A stretch of 64,000 bases of DNA from Gracilinanus agilis (taxonomy: Eukaryota), in contig NC_058133.1 of NCBI RefSeq assembly GCF_016433145.1, forward strand, positions 65,302,055 to 65,366,054, read 5' to 3'. Below are positions 1-11,385 of this stretch, piece after piece. The notes below the pieces were generated by a model. The model did no database searches, was not told the origin of the DNA, and saw only the letters and a list, made by a program, of their open reading frames with translations. The first letter of the stretch is position 1. Every line of letters begins with the position of its first letter. Made by a program: the position numbers and the translations under genes.

Positions 1-330
1 CCGGGACGGGAAGGGGGGGGGGTTCCTTGGAGGGGAGTAGATGGACATCCCTCGCCTTAGAACCCAGAGTGAGGGTCGGGGGCTAATCTGTGCCTCCTTA
101 CAAAGGGATAACGTGCTGGACGCCGTGGTGGGGCTGGCAGACAATGGGCTGTGAACTCCGATGTTCACTTCGGGTAGGTTTTTGTTTTCCCGAAATCCCC
201 GTTTTGCTGATTCCCGAAAACGTCCGGATTTCCGTGTGCGCTCTTTCTTGTTTATGGTTCTGCCATTCGTGGACTGCTATCGGGGTCGAGATTCCAGATG
301 AGCTAGTGCCGAACCTCCTACTGGGAATAG
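1..330 (+). promoter_or_regulatory. Trailing edge of promoter CpG island / GC-rich 5' end of intron 1
   Basis: Many CpGs and high GC in 1-330, then an abrupt switch to AT-rich, CpG-poor DNA. The position ~20 kb upstream of the first coding exon fits a housekeeping-gene promoter flank. Confidence 0.7.
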
Positions 331-1899
331 AATGAGGAAAGACGATTTCTCTTTCTGATGCACCAGAAAGACCCTAGATTGATTTTTTTTTTTTAATCTG
401 TGACAGTTGATGAGTTTCACCAAAAAGAAACAAAATAGGGTAAGCTACCAGTAATTCTTAACTCCAGTACAAAAGTGGATTTTGTTTTCCTAGTCCATGA
501 TAATTAAGGTGATATTTTAGGAATATGTGACTGCTTTTCTTGCTCAGTATGATTCATTAACAAGAAAGTTTAGAAATCTTGCATTGAAAAATTGAATTAG
601 CCATTTTTCACTTTTCCACTTAATGATAGTGGGTATTGGCAAATTTTTATCTTAGGCTTTTTTTGTGAAGGCATAGGATTGTGATTGCGGGCAACTTTAA
701 GGTCTGATGAGCTAATTATTTATGTTCAGTGAAAAGTTTTATTTAATTTGGCTTAGGAACTAGCTGTTCTAGGGAAAATGACGTGAGTTAAGTTTTGTTT
801 TTTATGATGAAGAAAGCCTTAAATATGAGCATATTCCCCCTTCGTCGTCTTTAATGTAGTATACATAAAATAGATTCTAAATCTGACACCATCCTTTTGA
901 CTAGTGAGAAGAGCTTTCATTCTGAAACAGTTAACTGTGTAAATTCCAGGTTTAGTTTTTGGGTTGTTCATTTCAACTATATTATTTAACCGTTCAAAAA
1001 CAATTTCATCAACTTTATCATTCAGTAACCTTTTCTTTCTGCCTCATTAACAGTTAATATCTTAATTTCATTTTAGAGATCAGGTTCTCCCCTTCAGGAG
1101 CTTATTTACTATTTTTATCACTTATTTACTAACACAGTATCCCATCTTTCTGCTTCTTACCCTATACTTGAAAATATTGCAATCTCTGCAGTAGTTTTTG
1201 TAGTTCCATTCTAATACCTCTTGTCCATTCCTTCACAAGTCTATAATTTCTTTTTGTGTAAAGATTTATTCCTAAAGACTTACTCAAAAGTATGACTATT
1301 ACTTGGGAGACTGAGTAGCAGTTGAGCATTGACTTGAAAGTGAGTCATTTGGGTAACTGCAAATGATGACTTTAAATACTATATTTGTGGAAAAGAGAGT
1401 ATGTAGCATAGTTGGTAAGGAACAGTGTTCCTAGTGTAAGTCATGCCTAACTGCCTTATGATTAATCTACTTCAAATAAATGGATACTTGTGACATTGGG
1501 GAAAGAGTAACATAATAAAGTTCATCTGAGTGTACATTAACAATGTTACTTAGGAATCTGACACTTAATGTGTTGGTTTTCTGAGTCATAATACTTTCCA
1601 TTTCTGACTAGTATTATTGGGGACAACCCAGGTTAGATTTAGAAAAGTATGCACAGGGAAAAATGTATTTATTAATATTTAAAATAATTTTTTTAGTGGC
1701 AAATCCAAATTGATCTTCAATTGCGTTACATCTTTTCTTTCCTTATTTTCACTCCTATACCCTCCATACTAGATGAGGTCTCTTAATTGGTCCACAGGCC
1801 TCTCTCTTCTCCAATGTTAATTGGTTGAACATTATTTTTAGGTGTTTTTTTGTTTTTTTTTTAATGTTTATGGTCTATCACATGTATCTGCCAAACTAG

Positions 1900-2600
1900 T
1901 TTTCTTGAAGAACAAATTACTCGTTTAACTCCAATAACTTTGTTACCTCTAATATAAAGTATAGACTTCTGTGGTCTTCATAGCCTTTCACAATCTGACT
2001 CCAACCTGCCTTTCCAAACTTATTATTTCTCTCCACACACTGATATCCAGCCAAACTGGCCTTTGTGCTATTCTTACACATCACATTCCTTGTCTTTGCA
2101 CCAGCTTTCCCACTTTTTTGGAATGCTTGGCTTGCTCACCTCTATTTCTCAGTTTTTCTAGTTTCTTTAAAAAGCCAAGCTCAGGTCCAGTGTCCTACAT
2201 GAGACCTGTTTCCATGCCTCCCTAATCACATAAATTCTCGTTTTATACACAATGTATACATGTACCCCTCCTAGAATATATTCTCATGAGACTGGGTAGA
2301 GTACCTCTTTTCATTTTTGTATCTACAATCCTATCATGCAGGTGCCTAATAAATGCTAATTTTGTGTTTAAATTTTTGGTTGAACTTTATTTTTTAGTTA
2401 CTACTTTTGTTATGATCTATTATACAGTTTGCCCTGTATGTATCTTGTATGTACACAGTTGGTTTGTATGTTGTCTTCATTAGATTATGAACTCCTTGAA
2501 AGCAGAGTTGGTTTTTTTTTTTTTTTTGGTTTTGCCATTCTTTGCATTTTCAGCACTTAATACAATGCCTGACACATATTAAGTTGTAAATAAATACTTG
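1900..2600 (+). mobile_element. L2 LINE 3' fragments
   Basis: gcctttcacaatctgactccaacc...cagccaaactggcc and L2 tails (gtgcctaataaatgct; gcctgacacatattaag). Boundaries approximate. Confidence 0.7.
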
Positions 2601-4051
2601 TCGACTATTTGGGACAAAATTCTCGTGTACTTCTCCGCCTATAAAATTTAGATGGATTGATCCTGCTTGGTTTTCTGTATGATAATAGTAAATGATAACA
2701 TATTTCAACCTTACCAAAAGTACTTTCTATGTGCAGAAGTGCTGGGGGAAAGGGAAAGGGAGCTATGTTGCAAAGGAATTTAAAATGTCCCTTCTGCTCT
2801 CTGTCTATGTAATGCAGCATATGAACCAACTAAAGAGCGTTTTTTTAGAAATGGAGATTAACATGTGACCATTCATACTTTTGGAATTGTATAGTCAGTG
2901 GTACTTATAATGCTCATTCCTTATTTGTACCTGGTGATTCCTGACTAACTCACATAAGGAGTTGATTTAAGAGACTGAAGATTCTGGTTCTTTTCATGTT
3001 TCTTGAGCCCTAGTGCAGTTCTCATCCTTTTCATTCATATTCTTGATACTTTTTATATCACTCCTGGTGCATAGATAGTAATCTATGGTAATTCATCAAA
3101 ACCTATTTACACCTATCAGAAGTATTTCCATTGCCATAAGGGGCATCTTCAAATATCTTATATTTTATGAATCTTTATATTAAATTTTGTGATTTGTTTT
3201 GCATCAGGTTATGGTTTATTAATTTTTACTTAGATTACTTAGATTACTATTAAAAGTATCTTGTGTTCACTTAGTACATACCAGTGGATAATGGTGCTGG
3301 TTGAGAAACTGTCATTAGTCTTTAAACATTTGGTACCATGAATCCATTTATTAATTTAGTTGCTTCTTATACAAATCGAATATACATAACAAAAGAAATA
3401 TGTTAAGGATAAGAATAAAGATTTAGGAGAGATCATTTATATATTATTAGAAGTGAATTTTTGAGCCCAGTTTTGAAATACTAGGTTGATGTGATTGGAG
3501 AAAGTAGAAACATTGCAAATGAAGGGCATGTGCAGAATTTATTTAGAGTCAGCAAGTGGATTTTCCTGGCAGTAGGTAGGAGTTTTTTGGTAAGAATATG
3601 CCAGAAAATTAGGTTCATAACATAATTTGGAATACCTTGAAGGCAAGGTAGAGGGATTTATTCATTTAACAAACACTTTTAAATGGCTACTTTATTTAAA
3701 AAAATAGTACTTTTGGTTCTTTGAAGGATGTAAAAGTAAAATATGACCTTTATTTTCTAAAAGTTGATGATCTAGGTGTGAGCACTTTTTGGCTAAATGT
3801 AAATTTCTGAGCCCAGGAATGATGCCTGTTTGTAGACAGTATTGGTGCCAGATTATTCTAGCATTAGGAAAAAGTGGAAAAAGAAAGCCTGCTATGTTTG
3901 GTGTTGGGGAAAGAGATCTGGATTTGCAGTCAGAGGATCCAGTTTTTTATAACTGCATTGCAACTTACCTATGTAGCCATGGGCAAATCACTTAAACTCT
4001 CTAGGCCTGATTTTTCTCCCCTGTAAAAAAAGGTGTTGGATTGGGCTAGAA

Positions 4052-4256
4052 CAGTGATGGGCAAACTTTTTAAAGAGGGGGCCAAAGGAAAGGAAATGCT
4101 CATCTGTCAGTCTGTTTCTAAGGCAACTCTTTCGAAGTCTCATTGTATTGTATCCTACTCATTGTATTCTTCAGATTAGGAATTAATGTCACATGGATGG
4201 ATAGAACATTTCAGGGGTCCACATCTAGCCTACAGGCCGTAGTTTGCCCATCACTG
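4052..4256. mobile_element. Non-autonomous hAT (OposCharlie-like) MITE, 205 bp
   Basis: Perfect 16-bp TIRs CAGTGATGGGCAAACT / AGTTTGCCCATCACTG and perfect 8-bp TSD GGCTAGAA (4044-4051, 4257-4264); inserted in a MIR/MAR1 tail. Family name from memory. Confidence 0.9.
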
Positions 4257-5999
4257 GGCTAGAAGATATCCTCTTCTAGTTGTAAATCTTTGACCTGTGG
4301 TTGTTTCAGTAATATAGAAAGGTGCTGATCTGAGGAAGGATACTTTAGGCATTAGTAGATATCTAAGGGAGAACTAAATAGGGTTCTCCAGGATAGTGGC
4401 AGAGGGAAAAGAGCAATGGGTTTGTCTGTTACTGGATTTGAAGTGCTTATGGCTGGTGGTCAAGCTTGACCAGCAAAATAATGTTAAAAACATAGAAAAA
4501 GAAAATGGCACAATGATGTGGTGGAGACTAGGGAAGACGAGTTGTAAAAGAGGTGATTATCATTGGCAGTATTAGATGCAGCAGAGAATATCGACTAGAA
4601 AAGACCATTGGAAATGTCCAAAAGAAGGAATTTGGTCGTTTTAAAACAGTTTTGGGAAAGTTGCAAGGATGAAAATCAGATTATTGAGGGTTAAGAACAG
4701 AACAGGTGATTAGAAAGTAAAAGTTGCTATCCCCCAATGAAAAATTAAATAGTGGTTGGGAGAGGCAGTCAAGTCAATTGGAAAGTTTGTCAATGTGCCT
4801 TACTTTTAAAACTTGAAGTCTAGGATATGACATTAGACTGTAGGAAAGGATGGAAGAATGTTTGATTACTGGCAAAGGAATTCGTGGACTGACTTTACCC
4901 TAATCTGTAATTTGAATTGCTGAAGATTTTGCTTGCCTTTAAAAAAATTTTTTTTGATGAACCTAATCACTAAGTGATTAAAAAGGATGACTATGTAGTT
5001 CAGGGGTTCTGAATTTAGGGCCCATGAACTTTTAAAATATATACTTGTATAACATTTCAGATTGCCAAAGGGCATTGTTCTCTATCCCCTTCTTCCTACT
5101 GTAGAGAAACCTAAGATGGGAGCAAATACTCAAAATATTGGCACAGATAGATTAGCATATTTGGATAAAGATGAAACTATAGTTTATACAATGTTGCAAG
5201 GTAAATGTTATATTTAATTGAAAATCATTTTATGTTTACTAGTATATATGAATTACTAGTCAAAGAATTAGAGTACGAAAATAATACCACTCACTATAAA
5301 TTTCAATTCTAATTTAGATTTTAGTTAAGTGGAAATTTTATGTTTGTGATTTGGACTAGAGTTAAATGAAATTTTTTTACAGAAAAGGTGTAATTTTTAC
5401 AGATCTATATAATGTAATTCTCCAGAATAGTGATCAGACAAACCTGAGGAATGAAAACACATATATTCAATATGTTATGAAACAGATTTGATAAAGACTG
5501 GTTTTTGAAGGTTGGGCTTGGGGAATGAAATGATGGAGGCAAAGATTTTTGTAGCTTTTTAAAAATTGATAGCTTTCCTTAAGACAGTATTTTAAGGAAT
5601 AGGAAGATATTGTTGATGTTCCATAATTGGAACATTCAACATCAAAGTCCTAAAAGAGCTGAGGTAAAAAATCAACTCCATTATGGAAAGAATGACTATC
5701 TATAACTATAATTATAGTGTTGGAAAAGCTTAACTTATTTTGATGCTATACACAATCTGAATGCCACCAATTTTAGAATTAAGAAAAAGGCATCTCTTAA
5801 CAGTTAAAGTAGAAAGCTTTATTGATAGAATGTAAACTCTGACAGTAAGAGCAGTTTCATTTTTACCTTTATATCCCCCAGCACATGGAAAGCATACATT
5901 AAATACTTGCTGATAGATTGGTAATGATGAATAGCTCTGTGCAGCATAGTTATTGAAAGACTGAAAGATTATACTCATTAATTATAATTCTCACTTTCT

Positions 6000-7110
6000 T
6001 CAGACATGGCCACTTGAACTGAAGCTGCTCTCTCCAAAGTTACCAGTGATCTCTTAACTGCTAAATTAAGTATCCTTATTTCAATCTGCATATGTTGGAC
6101 CTTTACAGGATTTGACATTGTTAACAACTATCTCCTCTTACTTGGGCCTTCTATCTTCCTTACTATTCTTTTTTCAGTCCCTTGCTGGATCGTCATATCT
6201 ATTCTGTTCTCTGTGGGCATGTGTGTCCTTGCCTACCAGAGTAAATTACTGGAAAGGCAAAGGCACTCTGGTGGAGCTACTCCCTTCTCCCTCTCCACTG
6301 CATCCCCATCTCTGGAGCTCCTACGCCACTCTCCCTTTCTTTCACGGAAGTGGGGAGGGGGGCATGGCATGCAGTGTCTAAAAAGTTTGCCATCACTGGT
6401 ATTGCTTAAGGCTGTGTCCTACCACAGTGTGTCTCTTTCATGTCTGTCTCCTTCTCCCTCCCACCCCCCAAGCTTTTCTATATATTTATCTTCAGAATGT
6501 TTCCCTGTTCCTTTTCTTTACTGACTCTGCCACCACTGTGACACAGGCCCTCATTACTTCATATCTGGATTATTGCACTACTTTTTTGGTTGGTCTCCCT
6601 GCTTGAAATCTCTAAATGATGTGGTCCATCCTGCACTGAGCTGCCAAAATGATTTCTAAAGTATAAGTTTGACCATGTAACATCCATACTCCTTTTCACT
6701 CTCCTAAGCAAACTTTAGTAGCTTCCTAATATTGTTAGGATCCTGTTTGGTTTTTAAAAATCCTACATAACCTTCCCCCTTCCTACTTTTTTGGTCTTGA
6801 TTCCCCTCTACATACTCTACAATCCAGGGGTTGATCCTAGCATAAGACAACTCCTACATTTTCACTGACTCTCATGCCTAGAATGTTATCTCTCCTTGTC
6901 TCAGCTAAATTCCCACCTTTTGCAGGAAACCTTTATCACTACTTCCTTCAGAGAATATCTTTATATTCTGTGCATATATCTTGTGTATACATACTTGTTT
7001 ACCTGTTATCCTCATTAGGATGAGAGTTTCTTGAGGTCAAGGATAGTGTTTTTCCCTTTCTTTGTATCTCCAGAACTTATCCCAAGAATTTAAATACTTA
7101 TTGTTTTGAC
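6000..7110 (+). mobile_element. L2 LINE remnant
   Basis: ctctccaaagttaccagtgatctc...tttgacattgtt...ctggattattgc and an L2 tail. Boundaries approximate. Confidence 0.7.
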
Positions 7111-7379
7111 AAGCCCTAATCACTCTCTTGCTCTGTTCTAGGATTAACAACTGCTTATTAGACAAATTGCCAACTGGATATACAGTTAGACATCTAGTAG
7201 CTCTCCAAAATAGAACTCATTACCTTTCCCCTCAACTCCTCTTCCCTGTTTAATTTCCCTATTTCTACACATTGGAAAACAATGAGATAGGATGATAAAA
7301 TAGTCTAATATAAGGTATTACTTTACTAATAAATTAATTAAAAAAATAAATTTTTCTTTCCCACCCCAAATCCTGGAAT

Positions 7380-7670
7380 ATAGGAAGTTCAAGTATTATT
7401 ATTCCTGTTTTACAAATGAAGAAACTGAGACCTATGTATAGTAAATTATCCTTTTCCTGTTAAGTAACAGCACAAGGATTTTAGGCAACCAGATGTTGGA
7501 GGGCATAGAGTGCTAGACCTGGAGTCAGGAAAACGTGAGTTTGCATCCTATTTCAGACACTAGCTATATAGTCCTGTCACTTAAATTCACTCAATTTCTT
7601 TAAATGTAAAATGGGCGTGATGACACCTTCCTAACCTCAGAAGTATTAAGAGGATAAAATATTTTTTTCA
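7380..7670. mobile_element. MIR/MAR1 SINE fragments
   Basis: ttttacaaatgaagaaactgagacc (antisense CORE) and gctagacctggagtcaggaaaac...tgtaaaatggg (sense). Confidence 0.65.
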
Positions 7671-8104
7671 AAACTTAGATAGCATTCCTCAATATGCCAT
7701 ATTAAGTAGATTTTTGCTTATTGGTCCTATTGTCACATATCTAAAGAATTTTAAAGGGTCCTGTTTTTCTTGTTTGAACATAGAATTGTAGGAATAAATA
7801 TCAGCAATATATTTTAAAGGTCAAAATGGTTTATAATTTGAAACATTTTAAATACATAAACTAATAATAGTTTTATAAACTGACCATGTTTTTTGAGAAA
7901 ACATAAATTACAAAAGCTTAAATTTATCCAGAGTAATTTCTAGTACAAAATAACTTTAAAGTTCTTTCATTTAGATCTTCTATTTTTTTCAAGAATTTAA
8001 TTTGTATGTGTCAATTTTGAAGAATATCCTAAACCTTTCCACCTTTGGACTAGCTCATTGTAGCAGATTTATTTGTTTTACACTTGTCAAAAGTAAATTG
8101 ACTA

Positions 8105-8315
8105 GGGGCAGCTGGGTAGCTCAGTGGATTGAGAGCCAGGCCTAGAGATGGGAGGTCCTAGGTTCAATTCGGGCCTCAGACACTTCCTAGCTGTGTGACC
8201 CTGGACCAGTCACTTAAGCCCCATTACCTAGCCCTTACCACTCTTCTGCCTTGGAGCCAATACACGGGTATTGACTCCAAGATGGAAAGTAAGGGTTTAA
8301 AAAAAAAAAAAAAAA
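8105..8315 (+). mobile_element. Young opossum-type SINE (SINE1_Mdo-like), full length
   Basis: ggggcagctgggtagctcagtgg head with A/B-box-like motifs, CORE, 3' ggtaagggttt, A17 tail; imperfect TSD aagtaaattgacta / aggtaaatgacta. Confidence 0.92.
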
Positions 8316-9023
8316 GGTAAATGACTACACTTGTTATGCTTTCCAATTATACTGCTATTTCTTTTTAATTTAGGCTTCTAACATGTCAACTACCTTTTTA
8401 ATTTCAATAATAGTTTGCAGCTAACGGGAATCTTTTGGATTATCCTGTCTTGAAATTCTGATGAATTTTTAACAGAAAGTTTCATAAATTATAGTCTTAT
8501 GGTTGGGAAGGGATATTAGAGATGATTTTAACCCTGATTCTGCTGAAAAGAAGAATCCTGTATAGCACTTCACAATAGATATTGATCCTACATCTTCATG
8601 AATAGTGGGCTCTCTACTTTGGGAGGCAGCTCATTTCATTCTGGTTACAAAATATTTTCCTTAATTGAACTGAAATTTTTATCTATAGCTTCTTTGTATG
8701 GGCCTAATTTTTTCTCAGCCTCACTATGTGCCTGTGTCACTTACATAATGGTATTTCAAGTTTTTAAAGACTGTTATGACCTTACTAAAGTCTTCAGGCT
8801 TAGATAAAAATCTCTAATTTTTTTGACCATTCCCATTGTGTCATGGTTCCTAATATTTTTATTATCCTGATTGTTCTTTCTAGACTGCCAGTCAGTGTCT
8901 CATAAATTGTGGTGCCAAGAACAGAACATGATACTCTATATATTTTCTGACTAATACAGAGTATACTTAAATCTTCTCTTAATATTGTTATTCAATTGAT
9001 AGCCTGATACTGCCCCCCCCCCC

Positions 9024-9201
9024 TTTAAATCCTTACCTTCCATCTTAGAATCAATACTGTGTATAGGTTCCTAGGCAGAAGAGCAGTAAGGGCTAGTTAA
9101 TGGGGTTTAACTTGCTGTGGGTTACCCAGCTAGAAAGTGCCTGGGGCTGCTTTTGAATCAGGACCTTTGGTCTCTAGTTCTATCTCTCAATTCACTGAAC
9201 C
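9024..9201 (-). mobile_element. Older SINE1_Mdo-like SINE
   Basis: Reverse complement of the same family, more diverged. Confidence 0.8.
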
Positions 9202-9602
9202 TTCTCCTCCTTCTCCTCCCCACCCTCACCCCTTTAAAAAAAAAGCATTAGCATTGTCCTTTTGGCTCCTTGAAGTTGTCTTATGGTCTACTTAAACTTT
9301 TTTTTTTTTTAATTTCCATTAAGCTAAGTTGTTGTTAGTCCATGGTTCTATAATTATGTATGTATAATAATGAGTTTTTGAATCTGTCTGGGTTTGTCTT
9401 GCCTATTCATCCTGTTTAACTTTTTTAAATCTTGATTCTCTTATCAGTGGATTAACTTAACCCAGTTTCTGTTATTTATAGGTTTGATATCTATCTTTTA
9501 TGTATTTGTCTGCATCACTGATTTTTTTCTTAAAATGAGGATGAGGCCAAATATAGAACCCTGAAGTACTCCACTGGAAGCCATTCTAGGTTATACATTT
9601 CT

Positions 9603-9758
9603 TTTTTTTTTTTTAAGCCCTTAACTTCTGTGTATTGGCTCATAGGTGGAAGAGTGGTAAGGGTCACACAGCTGGGAAGTGTCTGAGGTCAAATTTGAAC
9701 CTAGGACTTCCCCTCTCTAGGCCTGATTCTCAATCCACTGAGCTACCCAGCTGCCCCC
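9603..9758 (-). mobile_element. Young opossum SINE, short-tail subfamily, with internal deletion
   Basis: Poly-T, reverse-complement SINE, perfect 17-bp TSD CTAGGTTATACATTTCT (9586-9602, 9759-9775). Confidence 0.92.
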
Positions 9759-10533
9759 CTAGGTTATACATTTCTAAACATTCTGAGTTCAGTTGTTTAG
9801 CCAGCAATTAAATTTATCTTAATTGCACTCTTATCTAATCTGCAGTTTTCAATCTTTTAAACTTTATATATAATCTTTACAATTTAACTTAAATAATTAT
9901 GTTTAATTAGTTTAACTTAATTGTGTTTAAAACAGAAAAATCATAATTTATGGAGTTGGACAATAAAGGCCTGAGGTATGAGAGGAGTGTCTCAGTTCTT
10001 CAATTTGGCCAGTCTAGCCCTTGAAAGTCAAGGTTAAAAAACTTGTAACATCAAAAAGCTCAGTAGACTAGAAGATAGGAGAAGGCTTCTGTGCTCTCTC
10101 ACCCAGTTTTCAATCTGTAAAAATTATTAAATACCTACTATGTACCTAGCATTGTGCCAGGCATTGAGCATACAAATAAAACAATCCCTCTCCTTAAGGA
10201 ACTTAAGTTCTATCTGGAGAAATGACACGTGCCTATATGAGTATTAAAAATAAAAAATTTGAGGGAGACACCAGCAGCTTAGGGGATTTGAAGTGGGCTT
10301 GTGTTGTAGATGGCATGTCAATTGAATTATAAGTTATTGTAAAATGTTTATACACAACATACATATAAACTAGGGAAACATTAGTAAGAAGTGGAGGGGA
10401 ATGAGGTACATTTTATACACTAAGCAACAGTCTTGCTTAAAGGAGATAGGAGATCGAATATGCCATGTGAGGGAACAGCATGAAGACCAGTATGATTGGA
10501 AAGAAGGGTTCCTGAACGGAAGCCGGAAAAGTG

Positions 10534-10591
10534 GGTTGGAGCCACATTATGAAAGGCTTTAAGGTTGGAGCCACATTATGAAGGGCTTTAA
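10534..10591. repeat. 29-bp tandem duplication
   Basis: ggttggagccacattatgaaaggctttaa followed by ggttggagccacattatgaagggctttaa (1 mismatch). Confidence 0.9.
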
Positions 10592-11184
10592 AAGCCATAC
10601 CTTTTTTTTGTATTTGATCCTGGAGAGTGAATTGGTTAGATCTATGCTTTAGGATTGTCACTTTGATGAGAACATATTGGAAAGGGAAGAAATTTAAGGT
10701 AGGGATGCCAAAGGCAGGCCACTACAAATTTCTCTAATATCCCAGCTTCAGACGCCTCTTGGTTCCAGTGATTGAAATTACTCCTCAGATAGCTAGCTAT
10801 GTAGCTGTTTCCTAAACTAATCTGCTGAATTGTTACCTCAGTTCTTTAACAAGCTATGCTCAGTCCCTTTTGTATTATTGTGAGGATTAAATCCCTCTGG
10901 GAGTAGAAGCCTAACTTTGTTGTTTCCACTGGGGGGTTAGGAAGAAGCTTGATTTTTATTGTCTTTGTAATTTATATAAGATTATTCTGTTTAAGTATGT
11001 TCAGCTTGCATACTAATTTATTACTAAGGCAAATATAAATGTACATAGGGGAGTGGTTGGGAAGCAGTGCTGCAGGGTGTGTGTGAGGATTCCGTTAAAA
11101 AGACAGGTATGTATGTTATCTTAGAGTTTAGAGACTTTAGAGGCCAGTCCAGTAATAATAATTTTCATTATAAAAATAATATTA

Positions 11185-11385
11185 GGGGGCAGCTGGGTAG
11201 CTCAGTGGATTGAGAGCCAGGCCTAGAGACGGAGGTCCTGGGTTCAAATCTGGCCTCAGACACTTCTCAGCTGTGTGACCCTGGGCAAGTCACTTGACCC
11301 CCATTGCCTACCCTTACCAATCTTCCACCTATAAGTCAATATACAGAAGTTAAGGGTTTAAAAAAAAATAATAATAATAATAATA
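11185..11385 (+). mobile_element. Young opossum SINE, short-tail subfamily, with A tail and (TAA)n
   Basis: Full head and CORE; 3' cttccacctataagtcaatatacagaagttaagggttt. Confidence 0.92.

Noticed and set aside
93-107. cctccttacaaaggg resembles my memory of the 5' end of SNORA38, which is hosted by the paralogue PRRC2A
   Set aside because: No complementary 3' stem, H box or ACA box follows, and it lies in a promoter-proximal GC region. Likely chance; an Rfam/Infernal scan would settle it.
90-335. 81-aa ORF in the GC-rich region
   Set aside because: It has a GTG start and no recognisable product. Open frames of this length are common in GC-rich DNA.
8105-8180. tRNA-like A/B box heads repeated through the window
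   Set aside because: These are SINE 5' ends followed by CORE and A tails. They are not tRNA genes and not a CRISPR-like repeat-spacer array: spacing is irregular, orientations are mixed and TSDs are present.
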